A stretch of DNA of 64,000 nt, taken from positions 60,745 through 124,744 of the IMG/VR virus record IMGVR_UViG_3300005337_000004; one strand, written 5' to 3'. The position numbers were made by a program, and so were the translations under genes. Of the stretch, positions 27,217-37,071 are shown piece after piece; position 1 is the first letter of the stretch, and every line of letters begins with the position of its first letter. The notes beneath the pieces were generated by a model. The model saw nothing but the letters and a program-made list of their open reading frames with translations, did not search any database and was not told the origin of the DNA. Origin of the DNA: a virus. Lineage: Duplodnaviria > Heunggongvirae > Uroviricota > Caudoviricetes.

Positions 27217-27584
27217 ACCCGTCGTTCCCGCACCGCATGGTCGCGGTCATCGCCCGCATCGTCCTGGCGATCGTCGAGGACCTGCCGGCGTTCGTCGCGG
27301 ACGCCGCCTGCCTCGTGGCAGTGCCGGTGTCGCTGTGGCTGCTGCACCGGCTGGTCGCGCACGGAGCGACATGGGTCGGTCAGCACGTCCGGTGCGACGC
27401 GCTGGACCGCGAGTACGCGGAGCTGTGCGGCTCGTTTAGCGCTGACGACCCTGCGGACGCCGAGCAGCTGCCGGGCGTGCCGCGGCTGCCCACACGTGAG
27501 CTTCACCGCCGGCCCAGGCGGTTCCCCGGGCGCCGGATCCGGCGCCACACCACGAGCACCTCCAACTCCGACCGGAGGCACTGA
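27213..27584 (+). CDS. membrane protein
   Basis: GTGA overlap with the upstream gene. Hydrophobic N-terminal half and an Arg-rich tail. Confidence 0.35.
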   Translation: MNPSFPHRMVAVIARIVLAIVEDLPAFVADAACLVAVPVSLWLLHRLVAHGATWVGQHVRCDALDREYAELCGSFSADDPADAEQLPGVPRLPTRELHRRPRRFPGRRIRRHTTSTSNSDRRH

Positions 27585-27586
27585 CC

Positions 27587-28456
27587 ATGAGCGCTACATC
27601 AACCATCGAATGGACCGACGCCACGTGGAACCCGATTACCGGGTGCGTGAAGGTCAGCCCCGGATGTGATCACTGCTACGCCTCGACCTTCGCCGAGCGG
27701 TTCCGCGGCACCGCTGGCCACTACTTCGAGAACGGCTTCGACGTCCAGCTGCGCCCCGACAAGCTGTCGCTGCCCCTGACGTGGAAGACCCCGAAGCGGA
27801 TCTTCGTGAACTCGATGAGCGACCTGTTCATCGACGACGCCCCGGCCGAGTACATCGCGAAGGTGTTCGCGGTCATGGCGTCAACCCCGCAGCACGTCTA
27901 CCAGGTCCTGACGAAGCGGCACGCCCGCATGCAGTCCCTCTTGCGCAACGGCGGCCAGCGACTGCTGGAAGCCGCGCACGACGAAGAGACCGCACAGACG
28001 CTGTACGACGCGCCGTGGCCGCTGCCGAACGTGTGGCTCGGCGTGTCGGTCGAGGACCAGAAGTGGGCCGACATTCGCATCCCGGCCCTGATGAAAACAC
28101 CGGCCGCGGTGCGTTTCCTGTCGTGCGAGCCGCTGCTCGGCCCGGTGGACCTGTCGCGGTGGCTGGGCGTGGAGTACGGCGAGGTCGTCGGCGACTGGAT
28201 CTCGGAGATGTTCGCGGCGCTGAACGGCCGCATCGGGCCGGCTGGTGGGCTGCACTGGGTCATCGCGGGCGCCGAGTCGGGGCGCGGTGCGCGTCCGATG
28301 GATCTGGACTGGATCCGCACTCTGCGGGACCAGTGCGAGGCGTCGGGTACGGCCTTCTTCTTCAAGCAGCGGGTGATCGGAGGCAAGAAGGTCCCGACGC
28401 CTGAGCTGGACGGCCGCACCTGGACGCAGATGCCTGAGTCGGTGACGGCTCGGTGA
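27587..28456 (+). CDS. phage Gp37/Gp68-family protein (DUF5131)
   Basis: N-terminal IEWTDATWNPITGC...CDHCYA and later FLSCEPLLGP and WVIAGAESG blocks, characteristic of this family. Confidence 0.55.
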   Translation: MSATSTIEWTDATWNPITGCVKVSPGCDHCYASTFAERFRGTAGHYFENGFDVQLRPDKLSLPLTWKTPKRIFVNSMSDLFIDDAPAEYIAKVFAVMASTPQHVYQVLTKRHARMQSLLRNGGQRLLEAAHDEETAQTLYDAPWPLPNVWLGVSVEDQKWADIRIPALMKTPAAVRFLSCEPLLGPVDLSRWLGVEYGEVVGDWISEMFAALNGRIGPAGGLHWVIAGAESGRGARPMDLDWIRTLRDQCEASGTAFFFKQRVIGGKKVPTPELDGRTWTQMPESVTAR

Positions 28457-28683
28457 CCGCCCCGACAACCGAGCAACTGCCGGTCCGGATTCCCGGCCGC
28501 ACCCTGCCGCCGCGCCTCATCCATGCCACGTGCCTGGTGTGCCTGAACGAGGTCACGTTCTGCGGCATCGACGCCGCCGGCCTGTCGCCGGTGCGTCCGA
28601 AGCCGACCGAGCCAACGTGCGTGGTCTGCCGCGACCTGCGCGAAGCGCACGGCTGGGACAAGTGCCTGGAGGTCAAGCCGTGA
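28453..28683 (+). CDS. small zinc-ribbon protein
   Basis: CLVC...FCG...CVVC four-Cys arrangement. Confidence 0.4.
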   Translation: MTAPTTEQLPVRIPGRTLPPRLIHATCLVCLNEVTFCGIDAAGLSPVRPKPTEPTCVVCRDLREAHGWDKCLEVKP

Positions 28684-29009
28684 GCCTGTTCAACTCCACG
28701 ACCGTTGCCGGACTCAACATCGAGATCGACAACCTGATCGGGCAGATCCTCGCCGACGCCGACATCTGCCCGGAGTGCGCCAAGCCTCACCCGTGGCCAT
28801 TCGTGGACGTCAACCTGGCCCGGATCCCGTCTCAGGATGCCCGAAGCCGTGATCGTGTCGGCCTGTTCCTGGACCGGCAGCGCATCACCGTGCTGCCGAC
28901 TGCACGGCTGCGCATCACCTGCGCCACGCCCGCTGTCGCCAAGAACACCGCGGCGCTGCTGCGGGGACTCGGGGCGCCGTCGAAAGCCATCTACCTCGGA
29001 GGTTTCTAA
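28680..29009 (+). CDS. hypothetical protein
   Basis: GTGA overlap with the upstream gene. Contains a CPECAKPHPW element. Confidence 0.35.
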   Translation: MSLFNSTTVAGLNIEIDNLIGQILADADICPECAKPHPWPFVDVNLARIPSQDARSRDRVGLFLDRQRITVLPTARLRITCATPAVAKNTAALLRGLGAPSKAIYLGGF

Positions 29010-29246
29010 ATGAACACCCTGACTGAAGCCGTCACCGGTATCGACGCCATCCTCGCCGGCGGCCGGATCGATGTGCTGTTTGGACCCGACGGCCCGGACG
29101 GCCGCGTCGGCATCGCCTACGACCTCACATCCGGCGAAGCCGACCTGGCGGTGGCGACCGTGCACGGCGGGACCTACGAGCAGGTGCAGATCGCGCTGTA
29201 CGAGGCGCTGGTGCGGGCCGGACACGGGGCGGTGGCGGCACTGTGA
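29010..29246 (+). CDS. hypothetical protein
   Basis: 78-aa ORF immediately following the previous stop. Confidence 0.35.
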   Translation: MNTLTEAVTGIDAILAGGRIDVLFGPDGPDGRVGIAYDLTSGEADLAVATVHGGTYEQVQIALYEALVRAGHGAVAAL

Positions 29247-29749
29247 TCGTCACCCCCATCTCCGCCATCCTCGACCGCGAACCCTGGGTTCCGCTGCTCG
29301 CCGCAGACCTGCAGATCATCGTGTTCGGCACGCCAGGACCGCAGGGCTCGAAGGCGTTCAAAGGCATGCGCGCCAGCAAGACCAGCGGCAAGCAGACCCC
29401 GGTACTGGTGGAGTCGTCCAAAAAGGTCAAGCCGTGGCGGACCGCGGTCGCCGACGCGGCCCGCAAGTTCGATGGCGAACCTCTGGCGGGCCCGCTCGCG
29501 GTGTCCATGGTGTTCACGCTGAAGCCGCCGCAGCGCATGCCGAAAGGCCGCACGCACCCGACGTGCTACCCGGACTTGAGCAAGCTTTTGCGCTCTACTG
29601 AGGACGCCCTTACCGGGCTGGCGTGGGGCGATGACGCGCAGGTGGTCGAGTACCGCGACACCGCCAAGACGTACCCGGGTGGACACCGGGACGCGCTCGA
29701 CACACCCGGAGCCGTGATTCGGATCTGGCGGATTGGCGGCACCCCATGA
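29243..29749 (+). CDS. rusA: RusA-family Holliday junction resolvase
   Basis: Contains ...CYPDLSKLLRSTEDALTGLAWGDDAQVV..., the conserved RusA acidic motif. Confidence 0.65.
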   Translation: MIVTPISAILDREPWVPLLAADLQIIVFGTPGPQGSKAFKGMRASKTSGKQTPVLVESSKKVKPWRTAVADAARKFDGEPLAGPLAVSMVFTLKPPQRMPKGRTHPTCYPDLSKLLRSTEDALTGLAWGDDAQVVEYRDTAKTYPGGHRDALDTPGAVIRIWRIGGTP

Positions 29750-30858
29750 CCGCCATCGACACCATCGACCCCTTCGCGGGTCCCGGCGGATGGTCCGTCG
29801 CCGCCAAGGTGCTCGGGCTGCGCGAGGTCGGCATCGAACTCGACCCGCATGCCTGCGCTACCCGCGCAGCCGCCGGGCACCTCACCATCCGCGCCGATGT
29901 CGCCGCGATGCCGACGCACCGCATGGCCGGGAAGATCCGGGGCCTGATCGCCTCGCCGCCGTGCGGCACGTTCTCCGCGGCCGGCAAGGGTGAGGGCATC
30001 GGCGACATGCCGCTGATCCACCAGTGCCTCGACGACCTCGCCGCCGGACACGACACCCGCACACAGCTCGCCGCGGCCTGTACGGACCCGCGCACGCCGC
30101 TGGTGGTGGAGCCGCTGCGGTACGCCCTGGACCTGCGTCCGGAATGGATCGCGTTGGAGCAGGTGCCGTCGGTGCTGCCGCTGTGGGAGCACATCGCCCG
30201 CATCCTGCGGACCTGCGGCTATTCGGCGTGGAGCGGCGTTTTGAACGCCGCCGATTTCGGTGTGGCGCAAACCAGGCAGCGGGCAATCCTCATCGCGTCA
30301 CGAATCCGCACAGCTGTACCACCGGAGCCGACGCACGCGAAGGTCGCCGAGCCGCCGTCGCTGTTCGGTTCCGGGCGGCAGCGCTGGGTGTCAATGGCGG
30401 AGGCGCTGGGCTGGGGCATGACCGAGCGCCCGTACTTCGCACTTGCCACCGCGGGAGGAAAGCGCGGCGGCGCAGACGAGCAGGTTGGCGGATCCGGCGC
30501 CAGGCATTCCCTGTATGCCGAACGGGATCGCGGGGCGTGGGCGCTGCGTAACGGCAACCAGCCGCGCGCAGAGCTGCGCGCGGCTGGTTGCCCGGCCCCA
30601 ACGATTGCCTTCGGCAACAACGCTGCTCGCGTCGAGTGGATCCCCAGCGTGGGCGCAGAGAGCAATGGTCCGATTCGGATCTCCATCGAGGAAGCCGCTG
30701 TTCTCCAGAGCTTCCCCGCCGACTATCCGTGGCAGGGCACGAAGACGCAGCGCTTCATGCAGGTCGGAAACGCGGTCCCGCCGCTGCTTGCCCTCCACGT
30801 GCTGTCCGCCGCCACAGGCATCGCCATCACCGAACGCGCCGGAGGTATGGCCGCATGA
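29746..30858 (+). CDS. DNA (cytosine-5)-methyltransferase
   Basis: Motif I DPFAGPGGWS, motif IV SPPCGTFSAAGK (PC), C-terminal QVGNAVPP, and a catalytic ENV region. Standard C5-MTase architecture. Confidence 0.85.
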   Translation: MTAIDTIDPFAGPGGWSVAAKVLGLREVGIELDPHACATRAAAGHLTIRADVAAMPTHRMAGKIRGLIASPPCGTFSAAGKGEGIGDMPLIHQCLDDLAAGHDTRTQLAAACTDPRTPLVVEPLRYALDLRPEWIALEQVPSVLPLWEHIARILRTCGYSAWSGVLNAADFGVAQTRQRAILIASRIRTAVPPEPTHAKVAEPPSLFGSGRQRWVSMAEALGWGMTERPYFALATAGGKRGGADEQVGGSGARHSLYAERDRGAWALRNGNQPRAELRAAGCPAPTIAFGNNAARVEWIPSVGAESNGPIRISIEEAAVLQSFPADYPWQGTKTQRFMQVGNAVPPLLALHVLSAATGIAITERAGGMAA

Positions 30859-31688
30859 CCGCCACCAAGCCGCTGCCGGCGCACAAGGCCACGGACCCCG
30901 CCGCCGTTCGTGCCCGCAACGCCGAGTACGCACGCACGCGCAACCGCCTCCAGGCATACGGACGCTGGGACCCCTGGACCGAAGCCCAGCCCGTCCGCGA
31001 CCACATCGCACACCTCGCCACTGCGGGAATCGGCTGGATGCGCGCCGCCGAACTCGCAGGCCTGCCCTCCGCCACCGTCAGCCACTGGCTGTACGGACAC
31101 AACGGCTGGCCGCCACCGAAGCAGATCCACGCCGACAAAGCAGCAAAGATGCTCGCGGTCAAAGCAAGCCCGGAAAGTCTCGCCGACCACGCACTGACCG
31201 ACCCGCTCATCACGGTCCGGCGGATACAGACACTGGCCGCGGACGGGTTCCCCATCAAGTACGTCGCCGAACGGCTAGGCCGCGACGCCACCAACCTGTC
31301 ACGGATCATGCGCCAGTCGCACGTCGAGGTCGGGACGGCACGGGCTATCTCCGCGCTGTTCGCCGAACTCGCCGGCACCGACCCGGCCGCTGTCGGGATC
31401 AGTCCGCGCAACAGCACCTACGCCCGCAACTGGGCTGCGAAGAAGGGCTGGTTCACGTCTGCCACTTGGGACGGGAAGATTCACAACCCCGATGCCGATC
31501 CGGCGCGATGGATCCGTGTCGGCGCCAGCGACCGCAGCTTCGAGGAGCTGGTTGCCGAGGCCGAGGAGATCCGCAAAACATCCGGGGCCAGCTGGGACCT
31601 GATTGCCGAGCGGCTCAACGTTGCACGCAGCACCCTCAGCGAAGCCCGCAAGCGGGTTGCCGAGCGCGCGAAGGCCGGTGCGGCATGA
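30855..31688 (+). CDS. hypothetical protein (possible DNA-binding)
   Basis: 277-aa ORF with an ATGA overlap. Helical and basic. Confidence 0.4.
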   Translation: MTATKPLPAHKATDPAAVRARNAEYARTRNRLQAYGRWDPWTEAQPVRDHIAHLATAGIGWMRAAELAGLPSATVSHWLYGHNGWPPPKQIHADKAAKMLAVKASPESLADHALTDPLITVRRIQTLAADGFPIKYVAERLGRDATNLSRIMRQSHVEVGTARAISALFAELAGTDPAAVGISPRNSTYARNWAAKKGWFTSATWDGKIHNPDADPARWIRVGASDRSFEELVAEAEEIRKTSGASWDLIAERLNVARSTLSEARKRVAERAKAGAA

Positions 31689-31942
31689 CAATGCTCCGCG
31701 AGAACCTGCGCCCCGGCGACAACGCCGACAAGAAGCGCACCGTCGGCGCGAACATCCCCGACATCCACCCCACCACCGCCAAGGTGCCGCCGGAACTCCG
31801 CATGCCAGCGATGCGTGCCGTCGCGGCCCGCGCCCACGGCGCCGAGGATGCCCGCGACCTCCTGAAACACCTCGGGCTCATCGACCCGCGCACCCCGAAA
31901 GCCCAGTGGCGGCGCGCTTACAAGCCCAAGGCGGAGTCATGA
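31685..31942 (+). CDS. hypothetical protein
   Basis: ATGA overlaps on both sides. Confidence 0.3.
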   Translation: MTMLRENLRPGDNADKKRTVGANIPDIHPTTAKVPPELRMPAMRAVAARAHGAEDARDLLKHLGLIDPRTPKAQWRRAYKPKAES

Positions 31943-32370
31943 CAGTCACCCGCTCCGTTGCCGAGGGGCTCACGTGCGAGGAGATCCACGCCGGCTTTGA
32001 CGCGCTCATTGAACGCCTCGCGGAAGTCGCAGCCGAACGCGACTGCGCCTTCAAGATGGCCGCGCAGGCCACGAAAGACCAGCTGAAAACCCGGACCGAA
32101 CTCGACGCACGCCTGAAGATCCGGGACATCCAGATCGATTCGCTGCGTGCTGGCATCGACGGCAAGAACGCCGAGATCCGACAGCTGACCGCCCGCGTCC
32201 GCGAACTCGCGCTCGTCAACGAAGACCAGCAGCGGCAGCTCGACGTGGCGCAGCGGCTTGAGACGCCCGCACTGCGGCGCCGGTTCCTCAACCGACTCTG
32301 GCGCCGGCTCCTCAACCGCCTCCGTAGCCGCACGCGGCCCGACCAAACCACCGACAAGGACCGCCCATGA
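31939..32370 (+). CDS. coiled-coil protein
   Basis: Central heptad-rich region with a basic C-terminus. Confidence 0.35.
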   Translation: MTVTRSVAEGLTCEEIHAGFDALIERLAEVAAERDCAFKMAAQATKDQLKTRTELDARLKIRDIQIDSLRAGIDGKNAEIRQLTARVRELALVNEDQQRQLDVAQRLETPALRRRFLNRLWRRLLNRLRSRTRPDQTTDKDRP

Positions 32371-33353
32371 CCGCCCTGGCCGAACGCCCCCAGAAGGGGG
32401 TGACCAGCAGCCCGCCGACCATGCCCATCAGCAACATCACCGTCCACCCGCAGCATCGACGCCAAGACCTCGGCAAGCTCCGGGACCTGCAGCAGTCCAT
32501 CCGCAAAGAAGGCCTGATCCGGCCCGTTCCGGTCACCACCGACGGAGCGCTCATCGCCGGGGAGCGCAGGCTGCGCGCCTGTCAAAACCTCGGGTGGGAC
32601 CGCATTCCCGTCATCATCGCCAACGATGGTGCCCACGCCGTGCAGCTGCTGGCCGCCGAGGAGGCCGACACCGGTCCGCACCGCAAGCCGCGCTCCGCAA
32701 CCGAGCTGGTGCTGCTCGGCCTGGCGGTCGAGGAGTTCGAACGCAACGAGAGCGAGAAGCGCCGAGCCGACGGACAGAAAGGCATCCGCGCGGCGCGACG
32801 CGGCCAGTCCCGCGACGCCGCCACGCAGATCACCGGCCTGTCGCAGCACTACTACACGCAGATCCGGCGCATCGTCCAAGCCTCCCTCGGCTACGAACCC
32901 AACTTCGGCGGCTACGGCCAAAGCCCGGTTGACCCCGGCTGGGCCCGGCACTCCAAGGAAGTGCTGACGGTTATTGACCGCGTCGTCGCCGGCGAACGGA
33001 TCGACAACTCCACGCCGGGTGGACGCAAGAGCCTGCTGACCGTCAACGCGGTCTACGAGCAGTGGAACGCCGCGCACGCGCAGCGCCGCAAAGCCGAGGC
33101 CAAGAAGAACTCGTTCTCCACCACCGAAGAACCGGCCGCTACGCCGATTCGGCACCGCGCACAACGCGAAGCCCTCCTGAAAGGCCTCGCGTCACTGAAC
33201 GGCCTGTGCAACGGACTGGCCTCGATCACCGAGATCGACCCGGCCGTCACAAGCGAAGAGGCCGCGGCTCTGGACCGCGACCTCTCCCACGCCTCCCAAG
33301 TCCTGAGAGGCCTCCGCCTCAAGATCAAGGAGTACGCCAATGGTATCGGCTGA
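32367..33353 (+). CDS. ParB-like nuclease domain protein
   Basis: N-terminal ParB/Srx fold with a GERRLRA box (LIRPVPVTTDGALIAGERRLRACQNLGW). Confidence 0.6.
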   Translation: MTALAERPQKGVTSSPPTMPISNITVHPQHRRQDLGKLRDLQQSIRKEGLIRPVPVTTDGALIAGERRLRACQNLGWDRIPVIIANDGAHAVQLLAAEEADTGPHRKPRSATELVLLGLAVEEFERNESEKRRADGQKGIRAARRGQSRDAATQITGLSQHYYTQIRRIVQASLGYEPNFGGYGQSPVDPGWARHSKEVLTVIDRVVAGERIDNSTPGGRKSLLTVNAVYEQWNAAHAQRRKAEAKKNSFSTTEEPAATPIRHRAQREALLKGLASLNGLCNGLASITEIDPAVTSEEAAALDRDLSHASQVLRGLRLKIKEYANGIG

Positions 33354-34179
33354 CACCACCACCGATCAGCACCCGTCCAGCATCGAATGGGTCGCGCTCA
33401 AAGACGTCTTCACCGACCACGACGTCAACACCCGGCCCATCGACTTCACCTGGGTCGAACGCCGCATCAGCGCATTCGACCCCGACAAGCTCGGCGTGCC
33501 CGTCGTGTCCAGGCGCACCGACGGCCGGTACGCCTGCCTCGACGGACAGAACCGCATCGAACTGTGCCGCCGCGCCGGCTACGGCGACAGCAAAATCGAA
33601 TGCCAGGTCTTCCACGGCCTGACCACCGCCGAAGAAGCCAACCTGTTCCTCGGCAGGAACGACTCCCGGCAGGTCGGCGCCTTCCACAAGTTCGTCGCCC
33701 GCATCACCGCAGGCGACGCCGACGCCGTCTACATCGCCGCGATCGTGCAGCGCACCGGCTGGGAACTGGCGTTCGCCTCCGGCGAGAAGAAGATCGCCGC
33801 CGTCGGCGCGCTGGAAGCCGTGTGGAAGTCGGGACGGCCCGACGAAACCGGCTGGCGCGGCGCGTACCTCGAAGCCACCCTCAACGTCATCTCCGAGGCC
33901 TGGGGCCACAGCGCCGACGCGGCCAACGGACACCTGATCCGAGGCATCGGCGCCGTCATCGCCCGGCACAACGAAGTCCTCGACAAGGCCGCGCTCGCAC
34001 GCAAACTCGCCGGATACCGCAACGGCGCCCTCGGGGTCCTGTCTGACGCCAAGGGCCTGTACAGCTACGCCGGCGGCACCGTCTCCGCATGCGTCGCCGA
34101 GACCGTGGTGCGGATCTACAACGTCCGGCGTGGCGCCGGCGCCCTCCCCGCGTGGCGGCAAGACCGCGGATCCGACTGA
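33340..34179 (+). CDS. ParB/Srx-fold protein with DGQNR motif (DGQHR/DndB-like clade)
   Basis: Contains RRTDGRYACLDGQNRIELCRRAGYGD. Overlaps the upstream ParB-like gene. Confidence 0.45.
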   Translation: MVSADTTTDQHPSSIEWVALKDVFTDHDVNTRPIDFTWVERRISAFDPDKLGVPVVSRRTDGRYACLDGQNRIELCRRAGYGDSKIECQVFHGLTTAEEANLFLGRNDSRQVGAFHKFVARITAGDADAVYIAAIVQRTGWELAFASGEKKIAAVGALEAVWKSGRPDETGWRGAYLEATLNVISEAWGHSADAANGHLIRGIGAVIARHNEVLDKAALARKLAGYRNGALGVLSDAKGLYSYAGGTVSACVAETVVRIYNVRRGAGALPAWRQDRGSD

Positions 34180-34233
34180 CTGAACCCGACCGGGGCGCGG
34201 TCCATCAACCCGCGCCCCGGCACTCCTTCCCTC

Positions 34234-34596
34234 ATGGAGAACGCCGTGAACAACACCACCCAGCAAGCCCCTGACGTTGGCGACGATCGCGACCAACGCC
34301 GAACCAGCAACGAACCGGCCAGGTTCCGCAAGCGCCCCGTCGAGATCTACGCCATCCGATACGACGGCACCAACCACGCCGCCGTCAGCGCCTTCGCGCC
34401 CGGATGCTTCGAGGTCGTCGGCCCCGAAGACCGCAGCGACGACCCGAACATCACCGCGCAGGTCTGGGACTACCTGCACGGCACCTGGGTCGGGGTGAAG
34501 AACGGCCAGTGGATCGCGCAAGGCGTGCGAGGCGAGTTCTACCCAATCGCTGACGACGTCATGGGCGAGACCTACGAGGCGGTCGGCAATGACTAA
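34234..34596 (+). CDS. hypothetical protein
   Basis: 120-aa ORF. No domain recognised. Confidence 0.4.
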   Translation: MENAVNNTTQQAPDVGDDRDQRRTSNEPARFRKRPVEIYAIRYDGTNHAAVSAFAPGCFEVVGPEDRSDDPNITAQVWDYLHGTWVGVKNGQWIAQGVRGEFYPIADDVMGETYEAVGND

Positions 34597-35143
34597 GCGC
34601 CCCGACCTGCGCGAGGTCACCCAGACGTTCCTCGCCGGCAACCCGACCGGCGTGCCCGGAGACTGCGTCCGCGCCGCCGTCGCCTCCCTGCTCGACCTCG
34701 ACCCCGCGGAAGTCCCGCACTTCACCTGCCAGGACGACACCCGCGTCTGGCCACTCGCTCTCGCAGCGTTCGCCGGCCAGCACGGATGGCACATCCACCG
34801 CCGCGCCTGGGACGGCGATGCGCTGCCGGACTTCGGACTCGCCATCGGACCGTCGCCGCGCGGCATCTCCCACGCCGTTGTTGTCCGCGACGGCCAGATC
34901 GCATGGGACCCGCACCCGTCCCGCGAAGGGCTGGTCGATGTGCAGCAGGTCATCGAGTTCGGCGAGGCCGGCACGTACACCTGGGGCAAGTCCGTCGGCA
35001 TGAGCTGCGACACCATCGGCATTCCACTCAACGACCACGCCGGGAACTGGGCCGCGACCCTGCTTATCGACCGCGGCAACGCGAAAGTACTGCGGGACAT
35101 GCTTGACGGGGTGCTCGAAGAGACGGGGCCCGAGCATGCCTAG
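34589..35143 (+). CDS. hypothetical protein
   Basis: 184-aa ORF overlapping its neighbours. Confidence 0.4.
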   Translation: MTKRPDLREVTQTFLAGNPTGVPGDCVRAAVASLLDLDPAEVPHFTCQDDTRVWPLALAAFAGQHGWHIHRRAWDGDALPDFGLAIGPSPRGISHAVVVRDGQIAWDPHPSREGLVDVQQVIEFGEAGTYTWGKSVGMSCDTIGIPLNDHAGNWAATLLIDRGNAKVLRDMLDGVLEETGPEHA

Positions 35144-35675
35144 CCCCGGGTTCGTCACCGACCGCCACAACCACACCGCCGGCGCAGACAAGGCCACGTT
35201 CAGCCCCGACGGCGCATACCGGTACGCCCTGTTCCGCAGGTGGGGACACGGTCCGACGATCTGCTGGCTAATGCTGAACCCCTCGACCGCATCGGCCTTC
35301 GCAGACGACCAGACAATTCGCCGCTGCCGCGCATTTTCCCAGCGCGCAGGCTACAGCGGACTCGTAGTGGTGAACCTCTACTCGCTGCGGTCCACCAAGC
35401 CCGAAGCGCTGTGGACCCACGACGACCCGATAGGGCCGCTCGGGGACCAGTTCATCCAGACCCAAGCGGCCGGCCGCGCCAACGTTATCGCGGCCTGGGG
35501 CACACACGGGACCCGCGACGGTCGAGGGCAATGCGTTGCCGAAATGCTCACCGATGCCGGAGTCCGGCTGCACTGCCTCGGCACCAACGGCGACGGCAGC
35601 CCGAAGCACCCGCTGTTCGTCCACGGCGACACGCCGCTCGTGCCGTACCGGGTGGGGGTGACGTGCGATGCGTAA
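35136..35675 (+). CDS. DUF1643-family protein
   Basis: Contains the WLMLNPS motif characteristic of DUF1643. Confidence 0.5.
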   Translation: MPSPGFVTDRHNHTAGADKATFSPDGAYRYALFRRWGHGPTICWLMLNPSTASAFADDQTIRRCRAFSQRAGYSGLVVVNLYSLRSTKPEALWTHDDPIGPLGDQFIQTQAAGRANVIAAWGTHGTRDGRGQCVAEMLTDAGVRLHCLGTNGDGSPKHPLFVHGDTPLVPYRVGVTCDA

Positions 35676-35958
35676 CCAGCTACTGAACATTGCCGAATGC
35701 GCCATCCAAGCAGGATTCGGTTTCCTGCTCGGGCTCACTGACGTCGCCGTGGCATACGCGACCCCGGCCGGTGTGTGGCGCACCGTCGTGTGGGTTCTCG
35801 TGATCATCGTGAGCGCCGTCGCCATCGTCGTCATGAACCGGGCTGCCGGCGTCGCCCGCGGGCGTCGACCGATGCGACGGCACCGTAACCCCTCGACGGA
35901 TTCACAAACGCACAACCTGTCGATTCACGCTCTGATCAGGGGGTTTCGTCGTGGCTAA
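35668..35958 (+). CDS. small membrane protein
   Basis: Two hydrophobic helices. Confidence 0.35.
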   Translation: MRNQLLNIAECAIQAGFGFLLGLTDVAVAYATPAGVWRTVVWVLVIIVSAVAIVVMNRAAGVARGRRPMRRHRNPSTDSQTHNLSIHALIRGFRRG

Positions 35959-36352
35959 ACCGCGTCGTATTCAACGCAAGCGCGTCAAGGGGTGGAGACT
36001 CCCCGAAGGTGCCCGCTGCGTCACCAGACCAGGCAGGTTCGGCAATCCGTTCACCCTCGAATGGGCGCGGCTCGCCGACCCGGACATGACCGATGCGGCG
36101 GCGCGCGAGTACGCCGTCCGGGCTTTCGGGGCATGGCTTACCGACGACGGTTGGGCTTCGGGTTTCCGCAGCCTGGATGAGCGGCGCGCCTGGATCCTCG
36201 CCAACGTCCACACGCTCGCGGGACTCGACCTGGCGTGCTTCTGTCCGTTGCCGGCGGACGGAGAAACTGACTACTGCCATGCGCGCGTCCTAATCGACCT
36301 GGCCAATCACCCGCTGCTGTACGTGGAAGCGGACGGTGATTCAGGTGTCTGA
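35951..36352 (+). CDS. DUF4326-family protein
   Basis: Contains RPGRFGNPF...LACFCPL...CHARVL, the conserved Cys/His pattern of DUF4326. Confidence 0.45.
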   Translation: MAKPRRIQRKRVKGWRLPEGARCVTRPGRFGNPFTLEWARLADPDMTDAAAREYAVRAFGAWLTDDGWASGFRSLDERRAWILANVHTLAGLDLACFCPLPADGETDYCHARVLIDLANHPLLYVEADGDSGV

Positions 36353-36551
36353 CTCGACCAGGCCTGTTACCGGCACGCTCGGCTCCGGACACTGCTGCCC
36401 GCGGTGCTCCGCGCCGGAGCCGAGCGTGCCGGTGGCGCAGGTCGGCAACGACACCGAGGTTTGCTACGTGTACGAGTGCCCGCGGTGCCGGCATTCCTGG
36501 TGGAACACGTACAACACCACCGCCGACGAGCCGTGGGTGGTGGCGGCGTGA
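36336..36551 (+). CDS. small zinc-ribbon protein
   Basis: CCPRC...CPRC pairs. Confidence 0.35.
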   Translation: MIQVSDSTRPVTGTLGSGHCCPRCSAPEPSVPVAQVGNDTEVCYVYECPRCRHSWWNTYNTTADEPWVVAA

Positions 36552-36781
36552 TCATCTACTACGACACGGACTACGCGTTCGACATCATCGACAACTGCTG
36601 GAACGGCTGCAAAGGCCACCCGACCCGGCCGCACACCGTCGTGGCGGTAAACAAGGACTCGCTGCGCGCGGTCTTCCACTGTGACGTATGCGGCGCGGAC
36701 TGGTTCGTCGGGTACGCGGCCTGCTGCTACCCGGGCCCGTGGAGCCACCTCAAGTGGCGGCATCGGGACGGTGTCCGGTGA
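36548..36781 (+). CDS. small Cys-rich protein
   Basis: GTGA overlap with the upstream gene. Contains CWNGC...CDVCG. Confidence 0.35.
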   Translation: MIIYYDTDYAFDIIDNCWNGCKGHPTRPHTVVAVNKDSLRAVFHCDVCGADWFVGYAACCYPGPWSHLKWRHRDGVR

Positions 36782-36783
36782 GG

Positions 36784-37071
36784 TCAGGACTCGTCGTTAC
36801 CCTGAAGCTCGCGAAGCCGGGCAATGCTCGTCACCGTGGGAGGCTTCAGCGGGTCGATGCCCTGGGCTCGGGCCATCTGCCGAATGGACTCGGCCGAGTA
36901 GCCGGTCTTCTTGACGATCGCAGATGGCCGCACGCCAGCCCGGATGGCCTCGGCAACGGCTTCGGCGAGCGTGTCCCGCCTGGCCTTAAGTGCCTGTTCG
37001 GCACGCTTCACAGACGCTGCCGCGGCGGTCACCGGCCGAAGCCTCGGGTCGTCGGGATCAGAGTGCGCCAT
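36784..37071 (-). CDS. small HTH protein encoded antisense within the early operon
   Basis: Minus-strand ORF with a C-terminal HTH (AIVKKTGYSAESIRQMARAQGID). Start is uncertain: M76 at 37071, M51 at 37146, or 37296. Confidence 0.4.
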   Translation of the reverse strand: MAHSDPDDPRLRPVTAAAASVKRAEQALKARRDTLAEAVAEAIRAGVRPSAIVKKTGYSAESIRQMARAQGIDPLKPPTVTSIARLRELQGNDES

